Source: Escherichia phage SkaterBoy_Bas90. Taken from it: DNA of 64,000 nucleotides. Within the stretch, counting starts at the first letter, position 1, and every line of letters starts with the position of its first letter. The notes under the pieces are model-generated. The model saw only the letters and a program-made list of their open reading frames with translations. It did no database searches and had not been told where the DNA came from. Where the stretch lies: sequence record PQ850626.1; one strand, given 5' to 3'. Below are positions 42,421 through 51,245 of this stretch, piece by piece. Made by a program: the position numbers and the translations under genes.

Positions 42421-43034
42421 AACGAATCCACCAACGTAATATTGTAATTGCTAAGGTTTTCAGAAATGTGATGAAAGTGTTCCAGAAGTCGCATCGGTTG
42501 CTGACCGTAAGAGTCACGAGGCGCTTCCAGATCTACCTGACCTACCAGTGCACCTTTATAATGCACTTTACCATCTGTAGGATTGATGTAAATATAACGA
42601 GTAACCAATCCATCAAATTCAGGATTGAACAGACTGTAAACCATTTCACCAGAGATCGAACGACCAATCCCAGGAGCGTTTCGAATCTTGTTACCCATCA
42701 AACCCTTCGCTCTCTGACGAACAGGATTGATATGAGTCCAGCTTACAGTGTTACCGTTATGGAACAGATAACCAACATCAGGTGATTCAAGAATCAAGGT
42801 TGGGTCGAACACTGGAATATTCATCGTAGTGTTTCGGAGATTCCCATGCTCATTCTTGTACCACTGCTCTACAACAAAATACAGAGCCTGTTCTGCTTCA
42901 TGCGAGAAGTCATCGCTGCGGAAGTTACCGCTCTGCTCAACACCAATCACAAAACACGGAAGGTTGATATTGCCTGCTCGTTTAGCAATCCATGTACCAT
43001 TATAGTAATGAGAAAAATCAGCTACTAAGCTCAC
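42417..43034 (-). CDS. hypothetical protein in the amidoligase cluster
   Basis: 205-aa ORF translationally coupled to its neighbours. Confidence 0.35.
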   Translation of the reverse strand: MSLVADFSHYYNGTWIAKRAGNINLPCFVIGVEQSGNFRSDDFSHEAEQALYFVVEQWYKNEHGNLRNTTMNIPVFDPTLILESPDVGYLFHNGNTVSWTHINPVRQRAKGLMGNKIRNAPGIGRSISGEMVYSLFNPEFDGLVTRYIYINPTDGKVHYKGALVGQVDLEAPRDSYGQQPMRLLEHFHHISENLSNYNITLVDSL

Positions 43035-43043
43035 GATAACCTC

Positions 43044-43850
43044 TTATGCTACCTGAAGGAGTTTGATCTGCTGGTCAGCTTCTTTAACGTTGTTCCCGTT
43101 AATGATTTCATGAAGCTTCTCAATCGGAAGGCGAGAGTGCAATGCCATCAGAGTGGACATATCACACTGCTGAACAACCTTGTCAACCTGATCGTAAACA
43201 AACTTACGGTTTTCACGATCACTAATCCAGAAGTTAGACAGAGAGCGGTATTCAATACCATAGTCTTTATAACGGATTGCAGATGCTTTACCGTAGAGTT
43301 CTTTACGGCGAGTATCTTTGTCCATAATTACTGCTGGGAGAGACAGGAAGTAGTCACACAACACACCCAGCATCATCTGAGTTTGCAGAGTGATATCCAA
43401 AGCACCAACTACGCCAAGATGTACGTGACCACCGGCAGTACGAAGTCCCTTATTCTGAGAAGTCGGGGATGGGTTTTTCTGACCAGTGAAGGCGTTGAAA
43501 TCAGGAGTGCACCCGAAGATGAACGCTGATTCGTTAAAGGTCTTCATCTCTTCTTCAGTGAAGATGTGAGAGCTAACACCCGGAGCTGTTTCCATGTCCA
43601 GTTTGTTCAGGACATTATTGGTGAGATCAATACCACGTTGCATGTTATCGTTAAACGCTTCAAAACCGCTCTGTGGGTCAATATCAAACTCAGCCAGTAC
43701 GTTGTCCTCTTGGAGACGAACATCCTTAGCCAGAGCGATCTTATCGTCCTTAGAGCAGCCTAATAAACCGGCTACAGAAGTGATGATACCATTACTAGTA
43801 CGAACGAACATTTCAGGGTCAGAGCCGATGAGGAATTTGCGCTTAGTCAT
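43044..43850 (-). CDS. hypothetical enzyme, possibly a second carboxylate-amine ligase-like protein
   Basis: IGSDPEMF near the N-terminus and GGHVHLG later, loosely resembling ligase motifs; weak. Confidence 0.3.
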   Translation of the reverse strand: MTKRKFLIGSDPEMFVRTSNGIITSVAGLLGCSKDDKIALAKDVRLQEDNVLAEFDIDPQSGFEAFNDNMQRGIDLTNNVLNKLDMETAPGVSSHIFTEEEMKTFNESAFIFGCTPDFNAFTGQKNPSPTSQNKGLRTAGGHVHLGVVGALDITLQTQMMLGVLCDYFLSLPAVIMDKDTRRKELYGKASAIRYKDYGIEYRSLSNFWISDRENRKFVYDQVDKVVQQCDMSTLMALHSRLPIEKLHEIINGNNVKEADQQIKLLQVA

Positions 43851-44814
43851 TGTAATACTCCACTAGTTCAGAAAAGAGAGATGAGATTGTGTTACCAACT
43901 TCTTCAAGAGTAAGACCGGAATCTGCTCCAGTTCTTTGAATCAGTCGGGATGTAAAGTTTTGTACCGTAATGTTTCCCAACTTGTCGTCTATTGCTTCAC
44001 GTTTGTGACCATAACAGTTGGACCAGAGTCTTAACCACTCTGACATTGTTTCATACTCGTCTGGGTCTTGATCTTTAGCACGAGCAAATCTTCGTAAGGC
44101 ATCTTGGTTGTGGTTACGAACATAACCATTCTCATTGTCGCCAACACCGAAGGGGTTTTGAACCCATACTTGCTTCGTATATTCATCAGAGTCTACAACC
44201 AAAGGAAGGAAAGCTGCTGCTGACATATTGTTGTTAATAACAATAGAGGTGCTCTCGCTACTCCCATTGGCTCTTCCTCGTTGAGACCACCCACCGAAGA
44301 AGTCACGACCCAACCCAGCTAACACTAGAGCGATGCCGATGCGTTTACGCTTCAGCCACTCTTCCCTGTCTTCAATTCCTTCTGCTAGGAAATCCATTCC
44401 ACGATATTGCCCTTCCAGAATACTACGGAAGAGCATAAGTCCTGTGAAGATCTGATCTGCTGGATGCTCACGAAGATTGACAGCAACACTGTTCGCTGAA
44501 GTGATAGTAAATACATCACGATAGCAAGACATAGAATTCATAATGTCTGCTGTTTCAATCAAGTTCTTTTCAATATCAGATGGAACATGACCATGAAAAG
44601 AGTGGGTCCAGTAATTCAACATCTCCAATTGCAAGTTAATGTCACGGTTGAAGCGTTTATGGCGCCCATCTTCCATTACACATTCGTCATTAACATCATA
44701 TACGACTTGACCTTGCATGTAGTTGTGGATACCGAAGCACCCACGACCTAAGAACTTCTGTTCCCCTAAATCCTGTTGAAGATTAAGAGGTACGATCGTT
44801 GTGGAGATTGACAT
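43843..44814 (-). CDS. hypothetical protein in the amidoligase cluster
   Basis: 323-aa ORF overlapping the next start. Confidence 0.35.
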   Translation of the reverse strand: MSISTTIVPLNLQQDLGEQKFLGRGCFGIHNYMQGQVVYDVNDECVMEDGRHKRFNRDINLQLEMLNYWTHSFHGHVPSDIEKNLIETADIMNSMSCYRDVFTITSANSVAVNLREHPADQIFTGLMLFRSILEGQYRGMDFLAEGIEDREEWLKRKRIGIALVLAGLGRDFFGGWSQRGRANGSSESTSIVINNNMSAAAFLPLVVDSDEYTKQVWVQNPFGVGDNENGYVRNHNQDALRRFARAKDQDPDEYETMSEWLRLWSNCYGHKREAIDDKLGNITVQNFTSRLIQRTGADSGLTLEEVGNTISSLFSELVEYYND

Positions 44815-44824
44815 AACTAACCTT

Positions 44825-46024
44825 TTATTTTCCTAAAAATAATCCGCTCATAATACCATCCCACTCAGAGGACGGAATCACTGAATACTCCGAACTTTGG
44901 TCCAGAGTTCCACTACTAAATCGCTGAATGATGTTGTAGATGTTGAACAGGTCTTTAGCCTCGGCACGAATGCCGTAGATTAACCTGTTAGCTGTTTTCT
45001 CATTTTTAGACACGCGACGGGTAAAGTTAACCAAAAGATTATCACCTTTAAGTGTCTCTGACCCGTCTTTTACTAGATCGGGGTGCATCACTGGCAAGAA
45101 CATTGAGTTGTTAACTCGTAATTCTGCTGTTTCATCATTCTCGTAATGAATCCACTTAAAGTCTTCATCACGGAAATGACCGCATCCATCTCTATATGAC
45201 TGTTGACGCCAAGGCACTTGAAATACTTCAGCGTATTTATTAGCCATGCCAACTGTAAACAGCGACGCTGGGAAGATACAAGCATCCCAATCATTACCAA
45301 CCAGAGTTGCTTTCGTTTCCCCTAAGAGGTTAGTGTAAGTGCTAACCATTCGCGAGTAAACATAAGCCTGAAGGATTGTCCAGCCTTCAACCAACCATTT
45401 GTGGAGGAAGGTTTCAACTTGACTCTCTTCATCTTCACAATAGAAGATTCGGTCTAACATCAAATAGAACAGACAACGATCAGCAGGGATATTCTCAGTT
45501 GCTACCCCCATAAAACCTTTATCGTGCCAGCGTAAACAGGAGGGACGATCTTTGTCCACAAATGCTTCCATAGCTTCCAGTACAGCACGAGGTGTGGTTC
45601 GATGCTCAGGGTTTTTGTCGTTCCAACGTTCGATGTTGTTCTTAGGGGGCGTGTCTTCATCTTCATACGAACACCAACTTAAAGCTTCAGCTACATGCTT
45701 TTCATCACGCCAACGTCTAAAACCTAACATCTTCATATGAGTTCCAGAGTTCCAGATATGCTTGATTTTACACATATCCATCTCTCGGCTTAACAGGAAC
45801 TCTTCCCCATCAGCACTACGAACGTTAGCTTCTTCATGCCACACTCGAACGTGCATATTCCATCCATGAGTTGCCTCATACATGTTAGGGTCGAAGTAGT
45901 CATCATACTCTTCATCGTCTTCATCAACGCCACCGTTATAGTTGCGAAGCTGAAGGAACCCATAACAAGGAGGGTTGACTGTTAAAACATTACCTTCAGT
46001 ATCTTCTAATGTTACTGGAAACAT
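44825..46024 (-). CDS. hypothetical acidic protein, first gene of the amidoligase cluster
   Basis: 399-aa ORF. Confidence 0.35.
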   Translation of the reverse strand: MFPVTLEDTEGNVLTVNPPCYGFLQLRNYNGGVDEDDEEYDDYFDPNMYEATHGWNMHVRVWHEEANVRSADGEEFLLSREMDMCKIKHIWNSGTHMKMLGFRRWRDEKHVAEALSWCSYEDEDTPPKNNIERWNDKNPEHRTTPRAVLEAMEAFVDKDRPSCLRWHDKGFMGVATENIPADRCLFYLMLDRIFYCEDEESQVETFLHKWLVEGWTILQAYVYSRMVSTYTNLLGETKATLVGNDWDACIFPASLFTVGMANKYAEVFQVPWRQQSYRDGCGHFRDEDFKWIHYENDETAELRVNNSMFLPVMHPDLVKDGSETLKGDNLLVNFTRRVSKNEKTANRLIYGIRAEAKDLFNIYNIIQRFSSGTLDQSSEYSVIPSSEWDGIMSGLFLGK

Positions 46025-46035
46025 TATACCAACCT

Positions 46036-46398
46036 CTATTGGTTTTTAATCAACTCAATCGACTTACGAATATAAAGAATATCTCGGAAGTTTCGATAGT
46101 TGTTCATAAATTGATGCTTCTGGAACTCAGCTTCTTCCAGAGCTTTCTTTGCTTCTGCGTAGTTTTTACGGGCAAGATGTACAACCCGCTCCGGTAACAC
46201 GTTTGCACGATGGATTAGATACTTATGAGCTTTCATGTTACTTTGCTCACGAGCAATCTTACCTTTAGCAACCTTGATACCATTTGCAATCCAAGCAAGT
46301 TCTTGCTCAAGCTCATCGTTGGACATTCCACCGAGGTTTGATGCAACCTTGTTCAGAGTTTCAATATTAACGTTGCCCTTGATGGGACGTGTATTCAT
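46036..46398 (-). CDS. hypothetical protein
   Basis: 120-aa ORF with AGGAG RBS. Confidence 0.35.
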   Translation of the reverse strand: MNTRPIKGNVNIETLNKVASNLGGMSNDELEQELAWIANGIKVAKGKIAREQSNMKAHKYLIHRANVLPERVVHLARKNYAEAKKALEEAEFQKHQFMNNYRNFRDILYIRKSIELIKNQ

Positions 46399-46572
46399 AC
46401 TTACTCCTGTTGTTTACACTCGTCAATAACCCACTGATAAGTGGATTGCCCAGAAAAGAAACACTGAATAAATCCAGATGTTCTCTGCGTTACCAGTGCT
46501 AGTGCACAAATCACTACCGCTGCTGCTAGCAGTTTTAAATCTAATTTAGACATATTTCCTCTCTTTGAATTT

Positions 46573-46598
46573 AAAAAAGGACTCTCCGAAAAGAGTCA
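46573..46598 (-). terminator. rho-independent terminator
   Basis: On the - strand GACTCTTTTCGGAGAGTC followed by CTTTTTTAAATT. Confidence 0.55.
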
Positions 46599-46660
46599 AG
46601 CTTTAAATACAAAAAGATATTACCCAATATCTGTGGATAACCTGCTCTTAAAATATCTAT

Positions 46661-46776
46661 CCGACGGATGTTCGAGGAATGTTCCTCTCCCTAGCATCGG
46701 CCCCATACGGGAAATATATTAAGATTAGGTTAGTTGAGTCAGAATAACTCACATAGCCCTCCGAAGAAGGCTATAG
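46661..46776 (-). repeat. conserved ~110-nt intergenic element, copy 1
   Basis: Shares CGGATGTTCGAG, CTCTCCCTAGC and CTCACATAGCCCT...AGGGCTAT with 52068..52174. Confidence 0.5.
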
Positions 46777-46788
46777 GCGTTACTACAA

Positions 46789-47007
46789 CTAAAAATCACC
46801 TGATTTTACAAAATCATCACTAAGAATTTCGTCAATCTCTTTGCTAGTCAAATCTTTCCTGAACCAGCAACAAGGAACATTCACCCATTGACCAGAGTTG
46901 TTCTCTACAGAGCATAGATTCCCTGTCTTACTCTTGCATTTATAAGATTTTCCTTTATCTAGGCGATAGTGTAATCTGTAAACTACAGACACAAGTGTTA
47001 TCATCAC
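46789..47007 (-). CDS. hypothetical protein
   Basis: 72-aa ORF. Confidence 0.3.
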   Translation of the reverse strand: MMITLVSVVYRLHYRLDKGKSYKCKSKTGNLCSVENNSGQWVNVPCCWFRKDLTSKEIDEILSDDFVKSGDF

Positions 47008-47237
47008 TCACCTTTCTTAGCACGATCTTTGGCAGTTTTGCCAGTGCGGATGCGATGAGAAACGTTAACCAGAGTGCCACCATCAACTACGGTAACGCTC
47101 TTGTTTTTAGCCAGATCAAACACAGTCTTCTCTGTACCACCCAAGCGAATTTGCTTAGGTTCGCTGAAGGTTTGGGTTGATTTGGATTGGAACTGAAACG
47201 GTTGACGGATTGCATCGATTGCGCTTACTTTAGACAT
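47004..47237 (-). CDS. hypothetical basic protein
   Basis: 77-aa ORF with AAGGAA RBS. Confidence 0.35.
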   Translation of the reverse strand: MSKVSAIDAIRQPFQFQSKSTQTFSEPKQIRLGGTEKTVFDLAKNKSVTVVDGGTLVNVSHRIRTGKTAKDRAKKGE

Positions 47238-47469
47238 AGGGGAAATTCCTTAAAAAATTATGGCTGCGTAGAGGGAATTCCCTACGCAAATCGGGCCGCC
47301 CACAGAGAGGCGTCATAGTACTAAAAGGAGGAGAGAAGAGGGCTTATTTAGCTACCTTTTTCTGTCCGTTTACGAACCAGATAATTGAACCGTCAGGCTG
47401 TCGTTGACCGAAGCCTTTCTGGTTAATCATATCGTCATAAGAATATGCTTTACGTCTCATTTGTTTTCC

Positions 47470-47724
47470 CTACGAAGTTAAGATGATTTCAGCCTTAATA
47501 AACTTCTCACCAACAACCATATCACCAGAGATGACACGTAGTTCTCCAGTGCCTAGGTTAACAGCTCCAGCAGGTTGACAACCCCTGCTTTTAGCTGTCA
47601 TCATATAAACCTTTTGATTTTGGCACTCTTGGAGAGTGAACACATCTGACATATTTAGATCTCTGACGCGGAGGATTTTTTCCTCTTTGTCTTTAACTTT
47701 AATGTTAATAATGCTCATATGCAC
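47470..47724 (-). CDS. member of a ~80-aa paralogous family
   Basis: Shares the L-x2-L-x2-G-x-(V/T)-F core and length with at least nine other ORFs. Confidence 0.45.
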   Translation of the reverse strand: MHMSIINIKVKDKEEKILRVRDLNMSDVFTLQECQNQKVYMMTAKSRGCQPAGAVNLGTGELRVISGDMVVGEKFIKAEIILTS

Positions 47725-47969
47725 TACTCCTGAACCACTGACATACGAATCATTTCTACCTGATCATCAAGACCTTTAACAGATAACACACCTGTGGAAA
47801 GGTTTACCACAGGAACCCAACCACTGGCTATACGGATGTTACCAGAAGCATTTTCAACCCTCATGTAATACTGAGGAGAGGCACTTCCGTTCTGAACCAC
47901 GAAAGGGTTTCCGGGAATGATTGTTTCCAATCGTACCGTATTATCCTTTTTCTTTGGGATGATTTTCAT
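47724..47969 (-). CDS. member of a ~80-aa paralogous family
   Basis: As above; tandem, start overlaps the neighbour's stop. Confidence 0.45.
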   Translation of the reverse strand: MKIIPKKKDNTVRLETIIPGNPFVVQNGSASPQYYMRVENASGNIRIASGWVPVVNLSTGVLSVKGLDDQVEMIRMSVVQE

Positions 47970-48217
47970 TGCGTATTATCCACCAAAAGTTCTGCTGATA
48001 CAGGAACAACTCGGCACCAGATAGAAGGTGCTGTTACGTTACCATCGGATAGACGAAGAGTAATTGTTCGATCAGAGTTAACGGTTACATTAGGACTTTC
48101 AGACACAGACCCTTTAACATAGAGAGTAGCACTCTCAGGGAATTTAAACACTGCTCCGCTGGGGAGGGAGTTGAGATCAATCGTGGTCACTTCTTCTTTC
48201 TTGTGGGTAATCTTCAT
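47966..48217 (-). CDS. member of a ~80-aa paralogous family
   Basis: As above. Confidence 0.45.
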   Translation of the reverse strand: MKITHKKEEVTTIDLNSLPSGAVFKFPESATLYVKGSVSESPNVTVNSDRTITLRLSDGNVTAPSIWCRVVPVSAELLVDNTQ

Positions 48218-48468
48218 TTAGAATCCTTAATAACGTTAGCTTCAACCTTAACAGGAATAACAGAGATGCCCTCAACGGGGCCACTTAAGTGTCCATCTTC
48301 CAGTCTGACACACACGACTCGATCTCGTGCAACTTCTACCCAATTAGTAGATGCCGCAGTACAGACCATATGAATTGGACCGTTCTCTTCCAGCCGGAAG
48401 GTATCGCCCTTCTTCAGAGTGTGGAGTTTCACAGTCTTGATAGTTTTGTTCAATTCGTTAACTTTCAT
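48214..48468 (-). CDS. member of a ~80-aa paralogous family
   Basis: As above. Confidence 0.45.
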   Translation of the reverse strand: MKVNELNKTIKTVKLHTLKKGDTFRLEENGPIHMVCTAASTNWVEVARDRVVCVRLEDGHLSGPVEGISVIPVKVEANVIKDSK

Positions 48469-48476
48469 ATTGATTC

Positions 48477-48788
48477 CTATTTAAGTTTGAGGCTAATGTT
48501 AAGGTGCATACATGCTCTGTTCTGTACAGCAGCATAACTTCTACCGAGCATGTCAGCCATTCTCTGAATAGACATGAACCCAGCATTACGGATAAGGAAC
48601 TGGTCCTCTTCTTCAGACCATTTAACTCGGATTGAAGCTCTTGATATGCCGAATTTAGTGCAAGCTGTGTTAACAGCATTCTCCGTTACATTCATAATCT
48701 GAGCTACTTCTTGAACCGAGTACTCTTTGATTAGTCTCCGAAGATTTTCAATCTGCATCGGAGTCCATATAGTTCTTCGTGCTTTCAT
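48477..48788 (-). CDS. DNA-binding protein with two HTH-like repeats (candidate transcription regulator)
   Basis: Two similar ~45-aa units (W...EVAQIMNVTENAVNTAC and WSEEEDQFL...MADMLGRSYAAVQNRAC). Confidence 0.4.
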   Translation of the reverse strand: MKARRTIWTPMQIENLRRLIKEYSVQEVAQIMNVTENAVNTACTKFGISRASIRVKWSEEEDQFLIRNAGFMSIQRMADMLGRSYAAVQNRACMHLNISLKLK

Positions 48789-49466
48789 ACATCCTCCAAT
48801 TAATTGTTAAAACTATCAGGGGAGAACACTAGCTCTGGGCCACGCTGTAGATATTGGCCTACCTTCCACAGCTAATCAGCTAATATACTCCCCTAATAGT
48901 TTATGAATAGGGGGAGGGGACGAATCCTCCCTTATCCTATTAGTTAATATTGCATGTAAGATCTAACAATCGGTTGCCTTTGTAGGAATAAGCGTAAAGC
49001 CAATCCAGCACTAAACTCCCGCCCCCTTAGTGGGCTGGGTTATTAAAGGGTAACGCCCTTATGGGCTAGTTACATGAATGTTAGTTTGATAGGAGATCTG
49101 AAGTCCTATCTCAAAGGACTCTCGTAAGAATCCTTCACGATATTACTTATTCATCTCTCGTCGGCTATCTCTCCAAGCCAACCAAGTGTAGGTTTTCAGT
49201 TCTTCAAAGTCTTCTGGAGAGAATAGATACTCTTTGAAGGTGTTCCCAAACCACTCTAAAAATTCTTCAGTCATAAGATTCTCTTAACAAGATTGGTCAC
49301 ACGGCTGATCACCACATGTTTTACAGATCACTGGTGAGTAACTACAGGCAGGATAAACAGACACCCCATCAAACGTCTCACATCCACAATCAGGACATGT
49401 ACCGTTGGATTCCATGTCATCATCGTCATCTACTTCACCGCCACCAAAACAACTCATACAGGCTCC

Positions 49467-49688
49467 TTAGTAAACTAAACCTGTAGCCTTTGCATCAGGC
49501 TGAGGGACTACTTTTGCACTAGGGCGATAGCCATCCACTGAGCCGTTCCAAAGATTGACACAGGTGATATATCCATCGTCTATGATGTCTGTTTTAATCC
49601 AGAAGTGTTTATCATGACCAAAAATACTTCCGTTTGGCAGCGTGGACAATTCAACAGTTTTAAGTGACTGCTTAGAGTCTAGTTTCAT
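49467..49688 (-). CDS. member of a ~80-aa paralogous family
   Basis: Contains LSTLPNGSIF...FWIKTD core. Confidence 0.45.
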   Translation of the reverse strand: MKLDSKQSLKTVELSTLPNGSIFGHDKHFWIKTDIIDDGYITCVNLWNGSVDGYRPSAKVVPQPDAKATGLVY

Positions 49689-49697
49689 ATAAGTTCC

Positions 49698-49895
49698 TTA
49701 ATATACCAAACCATGTAAAAGAAACATCCTCTTTGTAAGCTCTGCTTTAGCTCTGTAATAAGCCTTAGAACCTAACAGGCGGCTCTTAACAAAGAACTTA
49801 ATGTCATTGCTAACATCTTGTATTAAACGCTCCTGTACAGTTTCTGAGGAGTTATTAATCGAATCAATTAACACCTTTGTAGATGTGTAATTCAT
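49698..49895 (-). CDS. hypothetical small protein
   Basis: Track ORF 49698..50087 trimmed to the internal ATG (MNYTSTK...), because the upstream part overlaps the lipoprotein gene. Confidence 0.3.
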   Translation of the reverse strand: MNYTSTKVLIDSINNSSETVQERLIQDVSNDIKFFVKSRLLGSKAYYRAKAELTKRMFLLHGLVY

Positions 49896-49896
49896 A

Positions 49897-50196
49897 TCAC
49901 CACTCCTTACCGGTTGTAATCGTAGAGCCACCACACCACAATGCTGTATCAATAACAACATTATCCGGTGTAGACTTCTCTTCGTTGATAGAAGGGTTAG
50001 CATTAGAACAGGTTGCTCCGTTCCATCGCATATCAATTTCACCAGAAGGAATCTTCTCACCCTTATGCCAGCGAGAAACACAAACACCTTCCACTGCTAC
50101 TGCACACCATCCATCAGGACGGCTCTGTACGCAGCCTGTAAGGGCTATGCAGACAAGGAAGATACAGATTAAGGATATTACACCACCCCAACTCAT
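49897..50196 (-). CDS. Cys-rich lipoprotein (candidate superinfection-exclusion or receptor-blocking protein)
   Basis: Signal peptide with lipobox LTGC, then a Cys-rich periplasmic domain. Confidence 0.45.
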   Translation of the reverse strand: MSWGGVISLICIFLVCIALTGCVQSRPDGWCAVAVEGVCVSRWHKGEKIPSGEIDMRWNGATCSNANPSINEEKSTPDNVVIDTALWCGGSTITTGKEW

Positions 50197-50215
50197 AATT
50201 ACCTCCTATTAGATT

Positions 50216-50331
50216 TGGTGGACTATCTGGAATCGAACCAGAAGCTCACTAAGAAAGTAATTCCCACTGTTATAAAAGCACTTGCCTCAACAGGGATACA
50301 CTAACTCTGGTGCCGCACCCATACTAGCCCT
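50216..50331 (-). ncRNA. tRNA-like fragment (intact T-arm and CCA-type 3' end, but no canonical acceptor or anticodon stem)
   Basis: - strand ends ...TCTGGTTCGATTCCAGATAGTCCACCA (T-stem, GTTCGATTC loop, 3' CCA); no cloverleaf could be completed by hand. Confidence 0.3.
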
Positions 50332-50336
50332 AAATG

Positions 50337-50412
50337 TGGTGCGCCCTACAGGACTCGAACCTGTAACCAATAGCTTAGAAGGCTACTGCTCTATCCATTG
50401 AGCTAAGAGCGC
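50337..50412 (-). tRNA. tRNA-Arg, anticodon UCU, 3' CCA encoded
   Basis: Hand-folded cloverleaf on the - strand: acceptor GCGCTCT/AGGGCGC, D-arm GCTC-AATGGAT-GAGC, anticodon stem GTAGC/GCTAT with loop CUUCUAA, T-arm ACAGG-TTCGAGT-CCTGT, discriminator A, CCA. Confidence 0.8.
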
Positions 50413-50587
50413 AGAATTATTTAGATCATATCTCGCTTGGTGATATGACCACATGTTTTACATCGAAGTATATAACGAGTACCTGTGTCTTCTATTTGAC
50501 CAATCTCATTATATATGTGTAAACGAACTTCTTTTATTGTCTCCCAATCATGCAGATGGAATAGACGTTTAAACCACTTGAACATAA

Positions 50588-50881
50588 TTACACCACCTCA
50601 ACGAGAGATGTTTTCCATGCAAACAGAGGTCCATTATCGTTAAGATAAACAGCTCCTCCCGTCTCGAACGGAGTCCCATAAGGAAGTGCCCAAGCATACC
50701 CACGAATTTCTGGCTTATGGGTAAACCCATATACCTCGCCGTTGCTATCAGTTGCTAAATATCTTATAGAGCTGTCCACTTTAACAACTTCGCCAAAATA
50801 TTTAACCTCTTTTCCTTTCATATTAACCTCAAGCACAAGCAGGGAGTGTGATGATTTTATGCTTACCATCAAATTCTCCAA
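50588..50881 (-). CDS. hypothetical protein, distant paralogue of 50829..51080
   Basis: Shares Y(L/I)A(T/I)D..G(E/Y)V(Y/W) core; N-terminus probably shorter than the track ORF. Confidence 0.35.
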   Translation of the reverse strand: MENLMVSIKSSHSLLVLEVNMKGKEVKYFGEVVKVDSSIRYLATDSNGEVYGFTHKPEIRGYAWALPYGTPFETGGAVYLNDNGPLFAWKTSLVEVV

Positions 50882-51080
50882 ATAAACCTAAGAATGTGGG
50901 ACTGTAAGTTCCAGTACAAACAAACTCATCAAACAATGCGTTATAACTAGGCTTGATCTTCCAAGCCCATACATAACCCATCTTGTCAATTGCAATGTAA
51001 CGAGTGTTCAGAGGAACAGTCATCATTATACCATCAACTTCGATCACTTTAGTGATTGGTGCAGCTTGGAAGTTTTTCAT
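50829..51080 (-). CDS. hypothetical protein, paralogue of 50588..50881
   Basis: 83-aa ORF. Confidence 0.35.
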   Translation of the reverse strand: MKNFQAAPITKVIEVDGIMMTVPLNTRYIAIDKMGYVWAWKIKPSYNALFDEFVCTGTYSPTFLGLFGEFDGKHKIITLPACA

Positions 51081-51245
51081 ACTTTACCTTTGATAAAAAT
51101 GTCATTACCACAGACACAGCATGAACGAACAACAGTAGCGCCACGCTGAACAATACGAACCTCTTCCTTAACCAGACTAATACGAGCACCGCAGCAAGGA
51201 GAGTTGACATAAGAGTAACCAGCTTGCGTATGTTTGATTATTTGC

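Noticed and set aside
43044-43850. Confident assignment as a second glutamine-synthetase-like ligase
   Set aside because: Only loose motif resemblance (GSDPEMF, GGHVHLG); kept as a low-confidence possibility.
23633-45740. + strand ORFs of 60-140 aa inside the - strand gene block (for example 23633..23896, 27326..27658, 33830..34132, 43110..43529, 45552..45740)
   Set aside because: Each lies antisense within a longer - strand CDS that has recognisable motifs; no start signals.
50216-50331. A second canonical tRNA next to tRNA-Arg
   Set aside because: The T-arm and CCA end are clear, but no acceptor-stem partner or regular anticodon stem could be built within normal tRNA length; kept only as a tRNA-like fragment.
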